64,000 nt of DNA from Podarcis cretensis (taxonomy: Eukaryota), in contig OX638149.1 in NCBI GenBank assembly GCA_951804945.1, forward strand, positions 87,172,001-87,236,000, in the 5' to 3' direction. The stretch's first letter is position 1. Every line of letters begins with the position of its first letter. The notes under the pieces were generated by a model. It saw nothing but the letters and a program-made list of their open reading frames with translations, did no database searches and was not told the origin of the DNA. Position numbers and translations under genes: made by a program. Positions 11,851 through 24,944 of the stretch are shown here, piece by piece.

Positions 11851-14800
11851 CCCGGCCACCATCTCCACAAGCTGTTAATCAATAAGCACTGGCAAGACTA
11901 ACTTAGTGCCTTTACTGCAGGGATGGGGAACATAAGGCTTGGGGCCCAAATGTGGCCCTTCAGGCTTTCCTATCTGGCCCTCAGGGCTCTCTCCAATCCA
12001 CACACTCTCCTGAGCCACACACCCTCCCTGTCACTTTTTCTTCTGTTCCATACAATGCTACGTTTGACAGCTGGCGAACCATGGGCAATGCATGAGCACA
12101 TGCACCAGGGATGGTGAACATATGACCAGATATCGTTGGACTCACAACTCATTCCCAGCCAGTGTGGCCAATGGTCAGGGATGGTGGGAACTGCAGTCCT
12201 GCATCATCTGGAGGTCTCCAGGTTCCCCATCCCGGACATACGTAGACAACTTCTGAACATGTTAGGGTGTGAAACCTTAGACGCTGGCAAGTTAGCAATG
12301 TCATGTGACTTTAAGTAGTCAAGCTCGTTAAGTTGTTAAGTTGCTCATTATATAAAGAGTGTTTGTTTTCTCTGTCTGTGGGGGGCGTGAAGCAAAAATG
12401 TCTGAAAGCTCCGGAGGTGTTTCTGTTATCTTTCTGTAATAAACCTGTCTTTGGAAAGACAGGCTTCCCTGTGTCGTTATTTCTTTGCTGCTGAGACTCT
12501 GAAGCTTGTACTGCAATAAGAATCTCTGCACTGGACTTAATTAATGCTCTGCAAAGAGAACTGTTGCTGGTTGCGCAGCGGAAGCGTTTACTGGACCAGT
12601 ACACAGACTCTCTTAGAACACACATCAGATGTTAAAGCCGAGGATAACACACTCCCTTAACTGCAACTAGGAGATTCTAAGACAGACACTGTCCTGTCCC
12701 TCTCCAAGCCATTTTCCCTCTTTACCTCTGCTCATGTCTCAATCAGGAAAATCCAGATTCTCCTTGCTCCATAGAGCCCTGAACTGGCTCTTCCCACTTT
12801 AGGCTGCTTAAGAGAAAAAGAGGGAGGAGATCCTCTTTGCATCATAGCAGCACCAGCTTCCTTGTTTCTGCTATCCTCTGTCAACCTCTTGAGAAAACCC
12901 TGACTCTGGTTGCTCTTAAGAGTACAGTTTTGCCAGACCTGCCAGGCTGTGCCCAAATCACAGGTCCCAACTACAAGTGGGTCTGACGCGCCACGTGGCT
13001 TTGTGCGCCCCGGTGAACATGATTAATCAGAGCCGCCTGCCCAGGAAATGAAAGGCAGGTCAGGAATGTATCAAAATGCAAATGGGCCCTTTTCAAGGGA
13101 GTGAATGTTGGTCGGTGGGGGGGATGGAGGAAATGCGAAGCAGAGGCAGGGAGAGAGGAACAGGGTAGGAGAGAGCCCTCCGGCTCAGAGCGGGAGATGG
13201 GATCACACAGCTGTGTGTTAGCATGCACTGGATCCAGGATTTAAATTTATGTCCAAATCACAAGGGGACACCCATGTCCTTAGGAAAGACATTTCATTCT
13301 CACCCCTGGCCCACAAGCACAGCTGTGTGTGTGTTTGTGTGTGTGCGCAGACACACACCCTCCCTAACTGAATCACAATATTCTGTTAAGTAGAAACACA
13401 CAAACACATACACATTGTGTGCCTCAACATAATCAAAATGCAAAGGGGGGGGCATCTGATGAAATTTCCACCTGCAGCTGCTCAAAAAAGAAGCAAACAA
13501 ACAAAATAAAGTTATATATCCCCACAAGGCCCTTGCTGCCAGCAGGTGGGGTAGGGGTTTTTGTCATAAAAATTTGGTTAGATAGCACTAGTATTAGCCA
13601 TGCAGCCCAGAGGATGCAACCTCACACTCTGCGGGTCTCTAAACCATTTCTCTCAACATCTATCTATTGTCCAATACTTTTTAGTGGCTCCCGGGCTTGT
13701 GCTAAAGTCCTGAGAATCACAGCTTTCACATATATCATACGCATACACATCTCAAGCCTTCACGGGAGGTGGAGAAAGCCTTGGGAAAAAATGATTACAG
13801 CATGTTTCATGCAAGCTGCAAGGTGTATTGTCTGTGGGTTATATACAGTGAATCTCCCAGAGAGAGTGGGGGGCAGAAGGGAGAGGACAAGCCTCTCAAC
13901 TCAACTCAGCCCTGCTCAAGACAGTTCTGTTGGAGTCAGACTTACAACCCTGGTTGGTTAACACCTAATAACGAGCCCAATGGCCTTCCTACAAAGGGCT
14001 GAAAGAACACCAAACACTGGTGGCACCCAAGAATGTGAAATGCTTATTTATCCCTGTGCAAACTCCTAAAGAGCTGGCGGCTGTGACAGCAATTAGGAAT
14101 TTGGTTTAAAAAAGAAACAAACACCCCTCTAACAATTAATCCTTGCAATATTGTGCACATATGCCATTCCAAAACAGAACAATCCCACAACAGATAAGCC
14201 AGAAAGGCGGGGGTGAGGTGGGAATCTGAAATGCAAACGAAGCCAAGTAGAGTACAAGGACACAATGCAACAGTTGTGTAGTTGTGCAAGACTACTGTCT
14301 ATGCACAGATTCTATTGGAAGGTGAATTCAACATGCCTTTAAAAGGTTTGCAGTCAAGAAAAAGTGACAGCGTTCTTGCATCTCATGATAAAGCTCAGAC
14401 TCTGGGGTCCCCTTAGGCAGCATCTGCAGACATCTCACTCAGTGCCCATGAGGTCCTCCCTCCCTCCCTTATTAAGAAGTTTTTAATCTGGTGGCCAAAG
14501 CATGCTACAAAGCATAGTGCCAGCCTCCAGCCTGCTGAATTTCCACAGAATGTTTCTGGGCCCCAAGCACCCAAACTGCCTGGCAAAGCAGTAGTTTTGT
14601 TTTCAAAGACTCCTTCACTGCAGCTGCCTGGCAAACATGGGTGTGTGAGTGGGTGTAATGGTGGAGTGGCCAGGGAGTTGGGGGACAGGAAAGGCGGGGA
14701 AACAACCCAATGACGTGGGTGGGGAAAGAAAGCAAAGAGAATGGGACTTTCAGGTGTGGCAAGTGGGGGGGGGTTGTGTGTGTTCGCAGTCTAGAGAGTG

Positions 14801-15879
14801 TGTAGGGGGGAAATTGATTTGTGGATAATCTTCCTATTAATGGGCAGTCAAGGGAGTGCTTTTGTGCCTGGGGGCTGTCCTGACCCTATCTTTGCTTCAT
14901 AGTGATTTCTTGGCAAGTTACTTGTCTTTTACCCTCACTAGATTGCTTTCTGTGGAAACTGTTTTCCAACTGACCATGCCCATCACAGCCACCCTTTGGT
15001 GAAGGGTCATACCTCCCCTCCCCATGGCAGCCGTTTTGTGCCAGCATACACACTTCAAAATCCCAACTGTGCCCATGGGCTCAAAAAGGTTAGGGAGCAC
15101 TGTTCATACCTCATTTCTCCATTTTAGACTCTAGAGGCTGCAGCATTTCTTGTCTTTAATCTTTGAGCCTGCAAACACATAATATATAGGCCATTGTCAC
15201 AGGTGATGTTTTTTGCATCTTGGTTTTTGAATTTCCCTTGTCATTCCGATGCAATACATACATTCACCAGAACCTACATTTGATTTTAAAATGACTTTCT
15301 TCCATTTTCTACCCAGCGGTTAAAATCATTCCCATTTGCACACAAACAGTGAAAGAACGGCTTACAGGCAAGTTTAGGGTCTTAGGTGGAGATTGTCCAT
15401 AACATCTCCCTTTTTTCTTTTTCTTTTTTTGCTAAAGTGCAGCAGCTTCCTCCTTGAAGTAAACCTTATCCTAACTGTGCAACATCTATTTTTGCCTCAT
15501 TATAAATTCAAAGAAGAGATCCATTTGAGGAGAATTATTGCTCCCTCTCTTTGAAATGCTACTTATTCCAATAAAAAAGGCAGTTGCACAAAGGGTGACT
15601 GATGGGAGTAGCCTATAGGCGAAGAGGCTCATCTCTCCTTTGCGGCTTATTCTCTCAACTTATTCCTGTCCTCTCACACCAATGCTGCCAGACGGCAGTT
15701 CTGGGGCGTTTCTTTTCCTTTCCAGTTAATGCGAAGTCATAATAAAGAACGCCCTCTGAACATACTCTGAACATGTGCAGAGTACATTCTTTTCATTTCA
15801 GTCACAACTCGCTCCTATTCACCCGATATAAGAGTTAGGGGCACAGCGTCAGGGACAAACCCCAGCACTCTTCCTTTTA

Positions 15880-16650
15880 GAGACGGACCTTCCACAGTTC
15901 ACGGGGCGCCCACGTGGGTGGGTGCCAGGGCGCGGCGCGTTTGTCTCGAGCTGCGTGGCGTTTCCCGCGTTTCCCCCCAACTTCGCTTCCGCAGGCCCGT
16001 CAGTCCACGTGCCGCAGGAGCCCGCAGGGCGGCTCCCTCAGGCGGCCCCGCGGCCAGCTCGGCCTCCCGGGGGAGTGATAAGCACCGCAGGAGTTACTGC
16101 CGCCTGACACTTTAATGAGGCGGCGTCCTAGCCGACATTAATATTGCGAGGCCTGCCATTCCCCGGAGGCGTTTTGAGGGGGAAGCAACCCCGCGCCAGG
16201 AAAATCAAATAAATAAATCTCGCCTAAACGCCGGCGAGACCGCGGGAGCGCGCGGGGCACTCACCTGATTTCCCCGGTGAGCCAGCACCGGCAATCAGCG
16301 CCGTGCTAAACGGAGGCGGCGGGTGATTTATCCCAGCTGCTCTGAGGCTCAGATTGGGGCCGCGGCCGGGTGATGCATGGAGCGGGAGCGCAGGCGGGGG
16401 GGGGGAGCAGCTCGGGAGGCCACCACTCAATCCCAAATTAATTTGAATATTTTGCCCCATCAAATCTATTTAGGGCCGCGTGTGGCCCACGTCCAAGGAA
16501 GATTGATGACTGTTCCGGGCTGGGGGCTTTGATTGCATATGGCACGATGCCCGGCTGGCGCTGGGCCTCAGGCAAGCTGATTCCCCCGGGGAGAGGAGAA
16601 AGGAGCAGCAGCCGAGGGGGAAACCCGACGGGCAAGCGGGAACCTTTGCA
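15880..16650. promoter_or_regulatory. CpG island, probable developmental enhancer or alternative promoter
   Basis: Sharp rise in GC and CpG against a CpG-depleted background, with interspersed AT-rich motif cores: TTAATGA, TGATTTAT 16324-16331, AAATTAATTT, CTTTGAT 16527-16533, and CACGTG at 15911 and 16006. Confidence 0.75.
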
Positions 16651-18050
16651 GTACAAGGATCTTAGGTTTTAACCCTGAAAGTAAGCCCTGCTGACCTCAA
16701 TGGGGTATACCTCTGAGTTGACGTGTACAAGATTGCGCTGAGGCTGGAACCCTACGCGGGGGTGAAGATAGCACTGGCTGTAGTCAGTGTGCAAACAGTG
16801 GGACATTTTTCAAAGTATGGGGTAGCTGATGTGGAAAAAGAGAGGGTTGGGAAGGGGTAGGACTCCCAAGTTCCACTCCTGCAGCCTTGGAGCACAGGCA
16901 GGGAACTTTTTTTCTTTTCAACTCCAGGGCCACAGTACCTTCTTTTCACAAGCAGTGCATATACACACTCTCGCCTTGTACACCCCTCTCCAGCCTCCAT
17001 TCAAGAGGCATTCACAGCGTTCAATGACATATTCCAGGGTGTAAAGCAGGGCCAGTGAGGAATGCCACCTGCGGAGAGTGCTGAGGGCCAGACTTTTGGC
17101 CCTTGAGCCTGCGCATGTATCCTAGGCTTGAGGCACAGCAAGGTAATTCCACCTGCCCACTGTGTTTCAAATCACATTTGCACATTGTAGGCAGCAGTAC
17201 AGCTCAATGTGTTTCCATGTCGCCCACTGCCTGTCCACACTAGTGGGAAGGGAGGAGTATAGGATGTCTTTGTATGGCTTACCTTTTCAAATGGGATCAA
17301 AACGGGGGGGGGGGGGTTGTTGGGGGGGGTTGAATCAAAACTCTATTTCTCAAGAAATTAGATATGAATTGTGGGTAATATTGTGTGTACATGGCTTCAC
17401 AGTGGAGTGCTGAATGCAGAGTAAATGGGAGTGTGTACACAGTCTGATAAGGAAGGGAACTAAGCTAATGTTTCTTTAGACCTCACTTGCTGTTAGCCAG
17501 AATAGAGTTGTCATTTCTCCAACTCTACACCCCAGGGCAAGATTCATCTATTTTAAACAGCTGAATGATATTCAGAGGGTCAGCTGGTTTTTCTCTTTTC
17601 TCTGATAATCTTTACTTGTTGAATTTTTGCCTGTTGTGTTGCTGTTAATATAGCACAGGAGCCCTGCCAGAAAAAATAAAGACAGCACCTTAGAAAACAA
17701 TCAAGAGGGCATACCAGTTCCAGATTAAGGAAACAGGGACCACATGAAGAAGCAAGGACTTGAGCTGAACTAAATTAATAAATGAAATTTTTTTGTATCA
17801 TTGTGGACAAGACAGATGCAGAATCCCATGATCATGTTGAAAGCTTATTTTTCACCCCAATGTCCTTGTCAGACCAAACGAGAGGTTGAGGCGGCCGTCC
17901 TTTTAAGAACGTTGTCACAGATTCTGGTGCTAAATTTGCATGTTGCCATGCACAAAAAATAGCATTTGGGTCTTGGGGAGGTACCCAGGTGACCCTTTCA
18001 TCACCTTCATATTCGCTATGGGTTCTGTCTCCCTCTCTCTCTCCCTCTTT

Positions 18051-18055
18051 CCACA

Positions 18056-18097
<42 letters not shown>
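18051..18097 (+). repeat. Compound microsatellite (CA)n(GA)n
   Basis: Seen directly. Confidence 0.95.
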
Positions 18098-18419
18098 AAG
18101 AAACAAACACAGAAGCACAAATTAAAAAGTCACAATGAATGGAAAGCACCCCTTGAAGAGCCTGTACAAATCTGGCTCCTGGGTCAGATTTGACAGCGCA
18201 ATTAATGCCACCGGCAGGCCTTTAGATGCATGCAGACATATAAAGGACATTTATGATGTTTAAAACCGAGGTATCACTAAAGACGTGAGAATAGGGAAGA
18301 AGAGGACTCTTTCTTGCTCTCTGGGTGCTGTCATACTCAAGGCTGTCACTGGCAGTGGCTGCTGCCACTGACTGCCTCCCTGTTCCCAGAATCCACCCCC
18401 CCCCAAGCATGGGGAAGCC

Positions 18420-18421
18420 CT

Positions 18422-18461
<40 letters not shown>
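18420..18461 (+). repeat. (TTTC)n microsatellite
   Basis: Seen directly. Confidence 0.95.
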
Positions 18462-18463
<2 letters not shown>

Positions 18464-20299
18464 TCCCACCTACATGTTACTGCCACATTTATCACCAGGT
18501 GTCGGATGCTCATGGAGCGCGAATTTCCCAGTCACAACTAATTCCTGGGTCTCACACTCCATGGGCCAGCTCTGCAGTGTGTGTGTGTGTATGTGTATAA
18601 TTACAAGCAGAGCTGCACAAGCCACCTATTATTAACCCTTCTGGTGCTTGAAATGAGGAAAAGGCACTGAAGCTCCCAGAAGACAGGGCCCCACCCTGCA
18701 ACCAAATTAATTGGCACCATATTTCCAGGTAGCAACTGAGTTTGCAGGCTAGAATGGACTCAGGGTTTCTGCTGCAGCTTGTGCCTCTTAAGGGTTTGGA
18801 GTTGTGTCCTGGATGTAATGAAAGGTTGTAGATTAACTATAAGCTTCACACTTTCTAAGCATGGAGAAATCTCACACCAATCACCTTGTTTGTTCAGACA
18901 AAAAGGGAATTTCAGAGGTTAGACCTAATTACTAATTGTAGTGTTACAAAGACACAGATCAAGGAAGTTTATTGGGCACACATTTAGTACAACCCAATCA
19001 GGTAGGAAACCACAAAATTTTGGTGTGTTTGTGTACCTCCCTCCCCACTTCACCAGAAATTGTGCAGTAGCATCTTGCATAATACTTCAAGCAAGTGGTT
19101 CCACAACAGCCCAGGCCTCTTGTTCCCAATGACATTTTTCAGCAGGGACATATTTTTCTGATAGTCAACCTCAACGTAGGCAGCTGCAACAGAAAGCCAT
19201 TAATACACAAATTAATAATGTATAAATTAATAAAACTGTTATGTATTGCTCCTTGCAACCACATTTAAATGATTTTTGAGAATGCACCCTACAGCATGGA
19301 GTTGGGGATTCTAATCCATTAGCAAACTCTTGAGGACAGAGCAAGATGATGGCAACAATCTGGGGCAATCAATCCTGGGAAAGACAGTGAGATTTGGAAT
19401 GCATCCAAAATGCCAGCTCCCCTCAACTTGCCTTGCTCTTTACTGTTTCTGTTGTGACTTATCACCCTTACTTACAAGATGCAAATTCTGCTTGCGACTA
19501 TACAATAAGTTTAAAGTAAATTGTCTAAGGCACAGAGGTTATTGGCTTCAGGATGGGTGCTCTAGGAAACTTGTGTGTAATGCAATACTGCTCAGTACCA
19601 TTTTAGAAGTGTTTCCCATCTGATCAGAGGCTAACTAAAGGTCAGGTAGGGCCAAAAGTGTATGGGGAGAGGAGGCTAGTTGCAGAGTGCACCAACTGAG
19701 CATCTTTGCCTCAGCCTGTTCCTTGCCAGATCCGTGCTTCGTTTCACAGATGTGAACAGCTGTTTTTGTGAATCTGCATGATGAGCAATTTTCTCCCAAA
19801 GGGTTTAATGAACCGATGCTGCCATGGAATCAAATTAATGAAAAATTAGTGGCTGCAAAATGACCCTGGCTGGGCTTCCCTTGATCACACTGCAGGTGGC
19901 CATTCTGCAAGGCAAATAGCAGCTGGCACAGCACAGTGTCCATCCATCCCCCGCCAACTTCATTGCAATGTGCTTAGGCCAAAATTCTCAGCACAAGCCT
20001 CCACTATATAAATGCTTATGACTAAACAGACCTCCCAAGGCTGAGCCACTGGGGTCAAACCGGTCACGCAGGCATAATCTTATCCCAGCATTGGAATCCC
20101 CTAGTTCCAGGCTGTAGGGCAGTGCTACTGCAAAACTCAGGGTATGTTCACATTAGCAGCTTAAAATACTACAGCAAGGTCAGTTCCTCCCACTGTGTTT
20201 CAAGCTGCATTTGCACAGGGTTGTTCACATCAAGGGGTGGGTCTGTCTTCACCCAAAGTGCAGGATCCTTTGGGGTTCCTCACCCCTGCAAACCACACA

Positions 20300-21125
20300 C
20301 TTGGAGGATGGATGGCGGCTAACCGATTGAGGTTGAATCCTGACAAGACAGAAGTACTGTTTTGGGGGGACAGGAGGCGGGCAGGTGTGGAGAACTCCCT
20401 GGTTCTGAATGGGGTAACTGTGCCACGAAGGACCAGGTGCGCAGCCTGGAAGTCATTTTGGACTCAGCTGTCCATGGAGGCGCAGGTCAATTCTGTGTCC
20501 AGGGCAGCTGTTTACCAGCTCCATCTGGTATGCAGGCTGAGACCCTATCTGCCCACGGACTGTCTCGCCAGAGTGGTGCATGCTCTAGTTATCTCTCGCT
20601 TGGACTACTGCAATGCGCTCTGTGTGGGGCTACCTTTGAAGGTGACCCAGAAACTACAACCAATCCAGAATACGGCAGCTAGACTGGTGACTGGGAGCAG
20701 CCACTGAGACCACATAACACTGGTCTTGAAATATCTACATTGACTCCCAGTACGTTTCTGAGCAGAATTCAAAGTGTTGGTGCTGACCTTTAAAGCCCTA
20801 AACGGCCTCGGTCCAGTATACCTGAAGGAGCGTCTCCACCCCCATTGTTCTGCCCAGACACTGAGGGCCTTCTGGCGGTTCCCTTGCTGTGAGAAGCCAA
20901 GTTACAGGGAATCAGGCAGAGGGCCTTCTCAGTAGTGGCACCCGCCCTGTGGAACACCCTCCCACCAGATGTCAAAGAGAAGAACAACTGCCAGACTTTT
21001 AGAAGACATCTGAAGGCAGCCCTGTTTAGGAAAGCTTTTAATGTTTAACAGACCACTGTATTTTAATATTTTGTTGGAAGCCGTCCAGAGTGGCTAGGGA
21101 AACCCAGCCAGATGGGTGGGGTATA

Positions 21126-21174
<49 letters not shown>

Positions 21175-21200
21175 TTACTACTACTACTACTACTACTACT
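20300..21200 (+). mobile_element. L2-clade LINE, 5'-truncated (RT C-terminal region, 3' UTR and microsatellite tail)
   Basis: Translations WMAANRLRLNPDKTEVL, LVISRLDYCNAL and QNTAARLVTG; 3' end gccgtccagagtggct..gatgggtggggtataaataataat. Confidence 0.92.
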
Positions 21201-21719
21201 GGAACTCCATGAAGCTGTGATCTGTACATGCACACTCATGTACCTCAGACATTCAGATTACCACTTATTCCACATCCAGTTTTCTAGCTGGATGGAAGCC
21301 GGTTTGAGAAAGGGGGGGGGGCGTGCATCAAACAGCAGCATTTGTCAAGAAACTACAGGATCAATATGGAGTGTGGCAAATGTCTCATTAATGCTTCTAA
21401 AATTAGCAGTGGGAGCACACTGGATGCAGCGTAAGTGGCAATGTGACCATACCCTCAGTTTGCCAGTAGAAACCAGTGGTGTAGTGGAGCTGGGACAGGC
21501 AGGTTGAAGCACCACCACAGGAGGGACGATAATATTTTGTAAGGCACTATTTACCAATCCTCTGCATGCCACAGTGATAATCTTCAGTGAAAAGCATTAG
21601 GCATTTCTACTTGAGAGGCTGGAGGAGTGGAAGGGCTCATATGCTAGTCCAGGCTATCAGGACTAGGCCGGGTCAATAGTCCAAGAGGAAGTGCTTGCCA
21701 TTCATGTGAGTTGTGGCAG

Positions 21720-21930
21720 ATTTACTTATTTACCATGGATGTATCTTGCCCTTCCTCTGAGGAGCTCAAGGGGCTATCCCATTTCACCCTCACCCAAATA
21801 CCTTAGGTGAAGAGAAAGAGAGGAAAAGAGAGAGGGGGGGCACCCAAGGGCACCCAGGGAGCTTTTTGGATGAACAGGGACTTGAACTCAGGTCTCTCCG
21901 ATCTCAGTTTGACATGCTGCACTGGCTCTT
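21720..21930 (-). mobile_element. MIR/CORE-like SINE, degenerate
   Basis: Homologous to 53735-53960 (gaggagctcaagg..ccatttcaccctcac..gacttgaactcaggtctc). Confidence 0.6.
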
Positions 21931-22779
21931 CAGAGATGCCCAAGTAAGCACAAATGGAGATAACCTGCTCCAGCCTTAAAGCGCTGGTTCTCACCCTAGA
22001 AGCTGACAGGCCCATCAGTCAGCAACTAAAAGTGCCCCAGAACAGACAACCACAGAGAACATGGTAGCAGAAAGACCCAGTTGATGATGTCAGCTAGCCA
22101 CTCAGAGTGCGCTGCAGCGTGCAAACATGCACATGAATGTGCATCCCTCACATGGTCTTGACAGGGAATGCCCCAAGCTTACATGTGGAGTTCCTGTGCC
22201 TGACAGCCCTGCCAGGTCCGTCTCAGTTGTTCCACCCGACTGAGGTTGGTCTCCATTAAATCAATCTCGCAGGCGGGCTCCGGTAGGTCCTTTTGTGTCC
22301 CGCTAGGAACAAACGTCTGCTTGCATTAGCATTTGGTGATGACTTCTCCCACGGTGGGGAGCACCAGGTCGGGCCTGAGATCTCCATCATGCTGCCAGCC
22401 TGACAAGCATTCTGATCAGAAGGGAAAGGTGACAAACCCTCTGGGAGAGACGGGCAGAGTTCTTCCAGGCTCCTGGAGCTCCTAGGCACCAACTTTATCC
22501 CTGAAGAGCCCATCAAAAGGGACACTGTGCTGGCCAATGAACTGGAATTGGCCTTGTCTTTAGAGTATCCATCTGCATCACAGGGTTTGTGGCAGGCTCA
22601 CAAGGGAAAAGAGGCAGGCCAGTGCTCAGAAACAAAACACACATTGCCCAATACACAGATGCAGCACCTTCCTAAAACACACACCCTGTAGCTAACAAAT
22701 GAGCTTCTGATATCACCGCCACCCCCAATCATGCCACACATTAGATTCAGCTTATTGCATCTAACAGAGCAGGGTTTGA

Positions 22780-23520
22780 TTGGTTGGGTCTAGAGCATGG
22801 TAAACTCTTAGTTGTGTGAGTGAGTGATCCCTGCTGCCTTGAAAAAAGGTGTGGTAAGGGCCCTCCTAAGGAAGCCAACTCTGGAACTGACAGTCTGGAC
22901 TAACTACCGACCAGTCACCAATACCTGCTTTTGAGGGAAGGTTGTGAAGACAGTAGTGGCAGGCCAACTGCAGACATTTTTGGTGGAATCCTGTCTAACC
23001 ACAGTGGTTCAGGCACTGGGTTGCTGCAACACACTCTAAGCAGGGTTTCCCTTGTGCTTGATGCAGAAACTGCAAAATAGTGCAGCACAATTGCTGACAG
23101 GTGTAAAAGTCTGTCAGAATACTACATCTGTGCTCAAGAATTTGCACAGAATTCCAGTTGGCTACCAAGTTCAACTTCAAGGTGTTACTATTAGTACGTA
23201 AATCTCTTAATGGCTTGTGACTAGTTTTCTGAAGGGATCACCTTACCACATACATACTCAATCTACTCAGTCTGTGGAACTTGAACTTCTACAAATGCTG
23301 CACCATGTACATTCCACATTTGGTTGCAAGGAGTCATTGCTTTAGGGTGACAGTGCTCTGGAACTCCCTGCCTTGGCTATATCTCTTTTTAAATCTGTTT
23401 TTCATCTTGATTAACGTTTTACTGTCTTTATTGTTTTAAGAGGCTTTTAATTATTTTTAATTGTTTCAAATACATTTTTATTTATTTTTAGCTGTGGTTG
23501 TTTATTGCCCTGGGCAACAA
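22780..23520 (+). mobile_element. Old L2 LINE fragment with internal deletion
   Basis: Reads PAALKKGVVRALLRKPTL..NYRPVTN..GKVVKTVVAGQLQTFL, followed by C-terminal and 3' UTR-like sequence with an AT-rich tail. Confidence 0.75.
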
Positions 23521-23576
23521 AACAAAAAACAAAACAAAACACTAAATAAGCATACTGCAACACAGACCATTATGAC

Positions 23577-23879
23577 TAGTGAAAGCTAGTCCATTAGAGT
23601 GAAGGAGGCACTGCCCCACTCACTTGGGTCTGTCCTCAGCCAGTCCCACCTGTCTGCCTCCTCTTACAACCAGTCCTTGGTGTGACCTTGGCTGCCAGCT
23701 TCCTCCTCCTTAGTCCCAGCAGTGCCGAGTTCTACAAGTAGTGCTTGTAGGTATCAGGAGGAGGAGGATGGGGACAAGTCAAGAGTTAAGTTGGCTCTGC
23801 CTGTCATTGGCTCTTACCCACAAACTGTGGGCTCCCTGCTTTCCACCCTACCAGTCCCAATGGGCGGCAGCCACCATGG
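23577..23879. mobile_element. Probable hAT-like non-autonomous element
   Basis: Degenerate TIRs and an 8-bp TSD attatgac / atcatgac. Confidence 0.4.
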
Positions 23880-24909
23880 ATCATGACCATATGAAACAAG
23901 CCATAAAAATACCATAGCAGAATTTGTTTCAAATGGGTATTATTTCCTCTAGCCACAGATTCCTAGCTGTTACCCATCATTATGTTTAACGAGTGTGCAA
24001 TCTGTGTACACAATAGATGATCTGTACACTCATACAGTTACTCACATGGAATGTTTGATGAGTGTGAAGTGTGTGAAACTGTGTATACAACTGTACAAAT
24101 CAACAAGTGTACACTCTTTCACACAAACACTTAAACGTTTGTAGAGACAGCTTGTTACTGTGTTCAGTGTATCCTGTAAGCATGGAACAGATGCACACAA
24201 ACCAACTCCATGTAGTCAGGCCAGTTCCTAAAATAAATCCCCCCTCTCTCACACACACTGGGGTGGGGGTGGGGGAGAAGAGAGAGAGAAAATGACCTCC
24301 TAACTTACTTGAACCAATTATCGAAAGTAGATGCCCTGCAGAGCAGGACACAACAGCTTAAAGCAGAACAAGATCTTATCAGAAAAGCCAGTGCAAAAAA
24401 CTACACTCCCATATCCACTGAAGCAAATTACCCACATCTCAGGCAGCAAACTTCAATTACAAGGGACCTACTTTTGCCAAGCATAACACATATGAAGTGC
24501 CTAGCACAATATCCCCGTTGTTGAGACCGTGTGGGTGAAACCAAACAATCCTTGAGAACATAAACAAGAACAGCCCACGGGCCTGTGCGCAAACACTTTC
24601 CTCCACATTATCTGGATTTTTCATTCCTCTTCCGAAAGGGAACTGGTATAAATACCTTTAAACAAAGGGCCTGAGAATGTTGACTCACAACCCTGCGGAG
24701 TCCAGTAGAAGCGGACTAAGCCGAGGCCTCTCGGCTCCTTGAGTCATTGCCCCTCCACAAGCATCCACCCACATTGGAAGAATGTGGCACTTTATGCCCA
24801 GTGAACACACAGACCCTGCCAAGCCCTTATCTGCTGTTTTCCCCAAACTATGGAGCCACCTCCAAAGAGACATACCTTACTCATGACTGCTGCTTCTCCC
24901 CCAATCCAG

Positions 24910-24944
24910 CTGAATACGTGGGGGCATTGCTTGCAAGGCTGAAT
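24910..24944 (+). other. Candidate 35-nt cassette exon
   Basis: Branch-like TACTCAT, TGCTGC, pyrimidine tract and CAG acceptor (24907-24909); donor aat|GTATGT at 24945; five TGCATG within ~220 nt downstream. No homology support. Confidence 0.3.
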
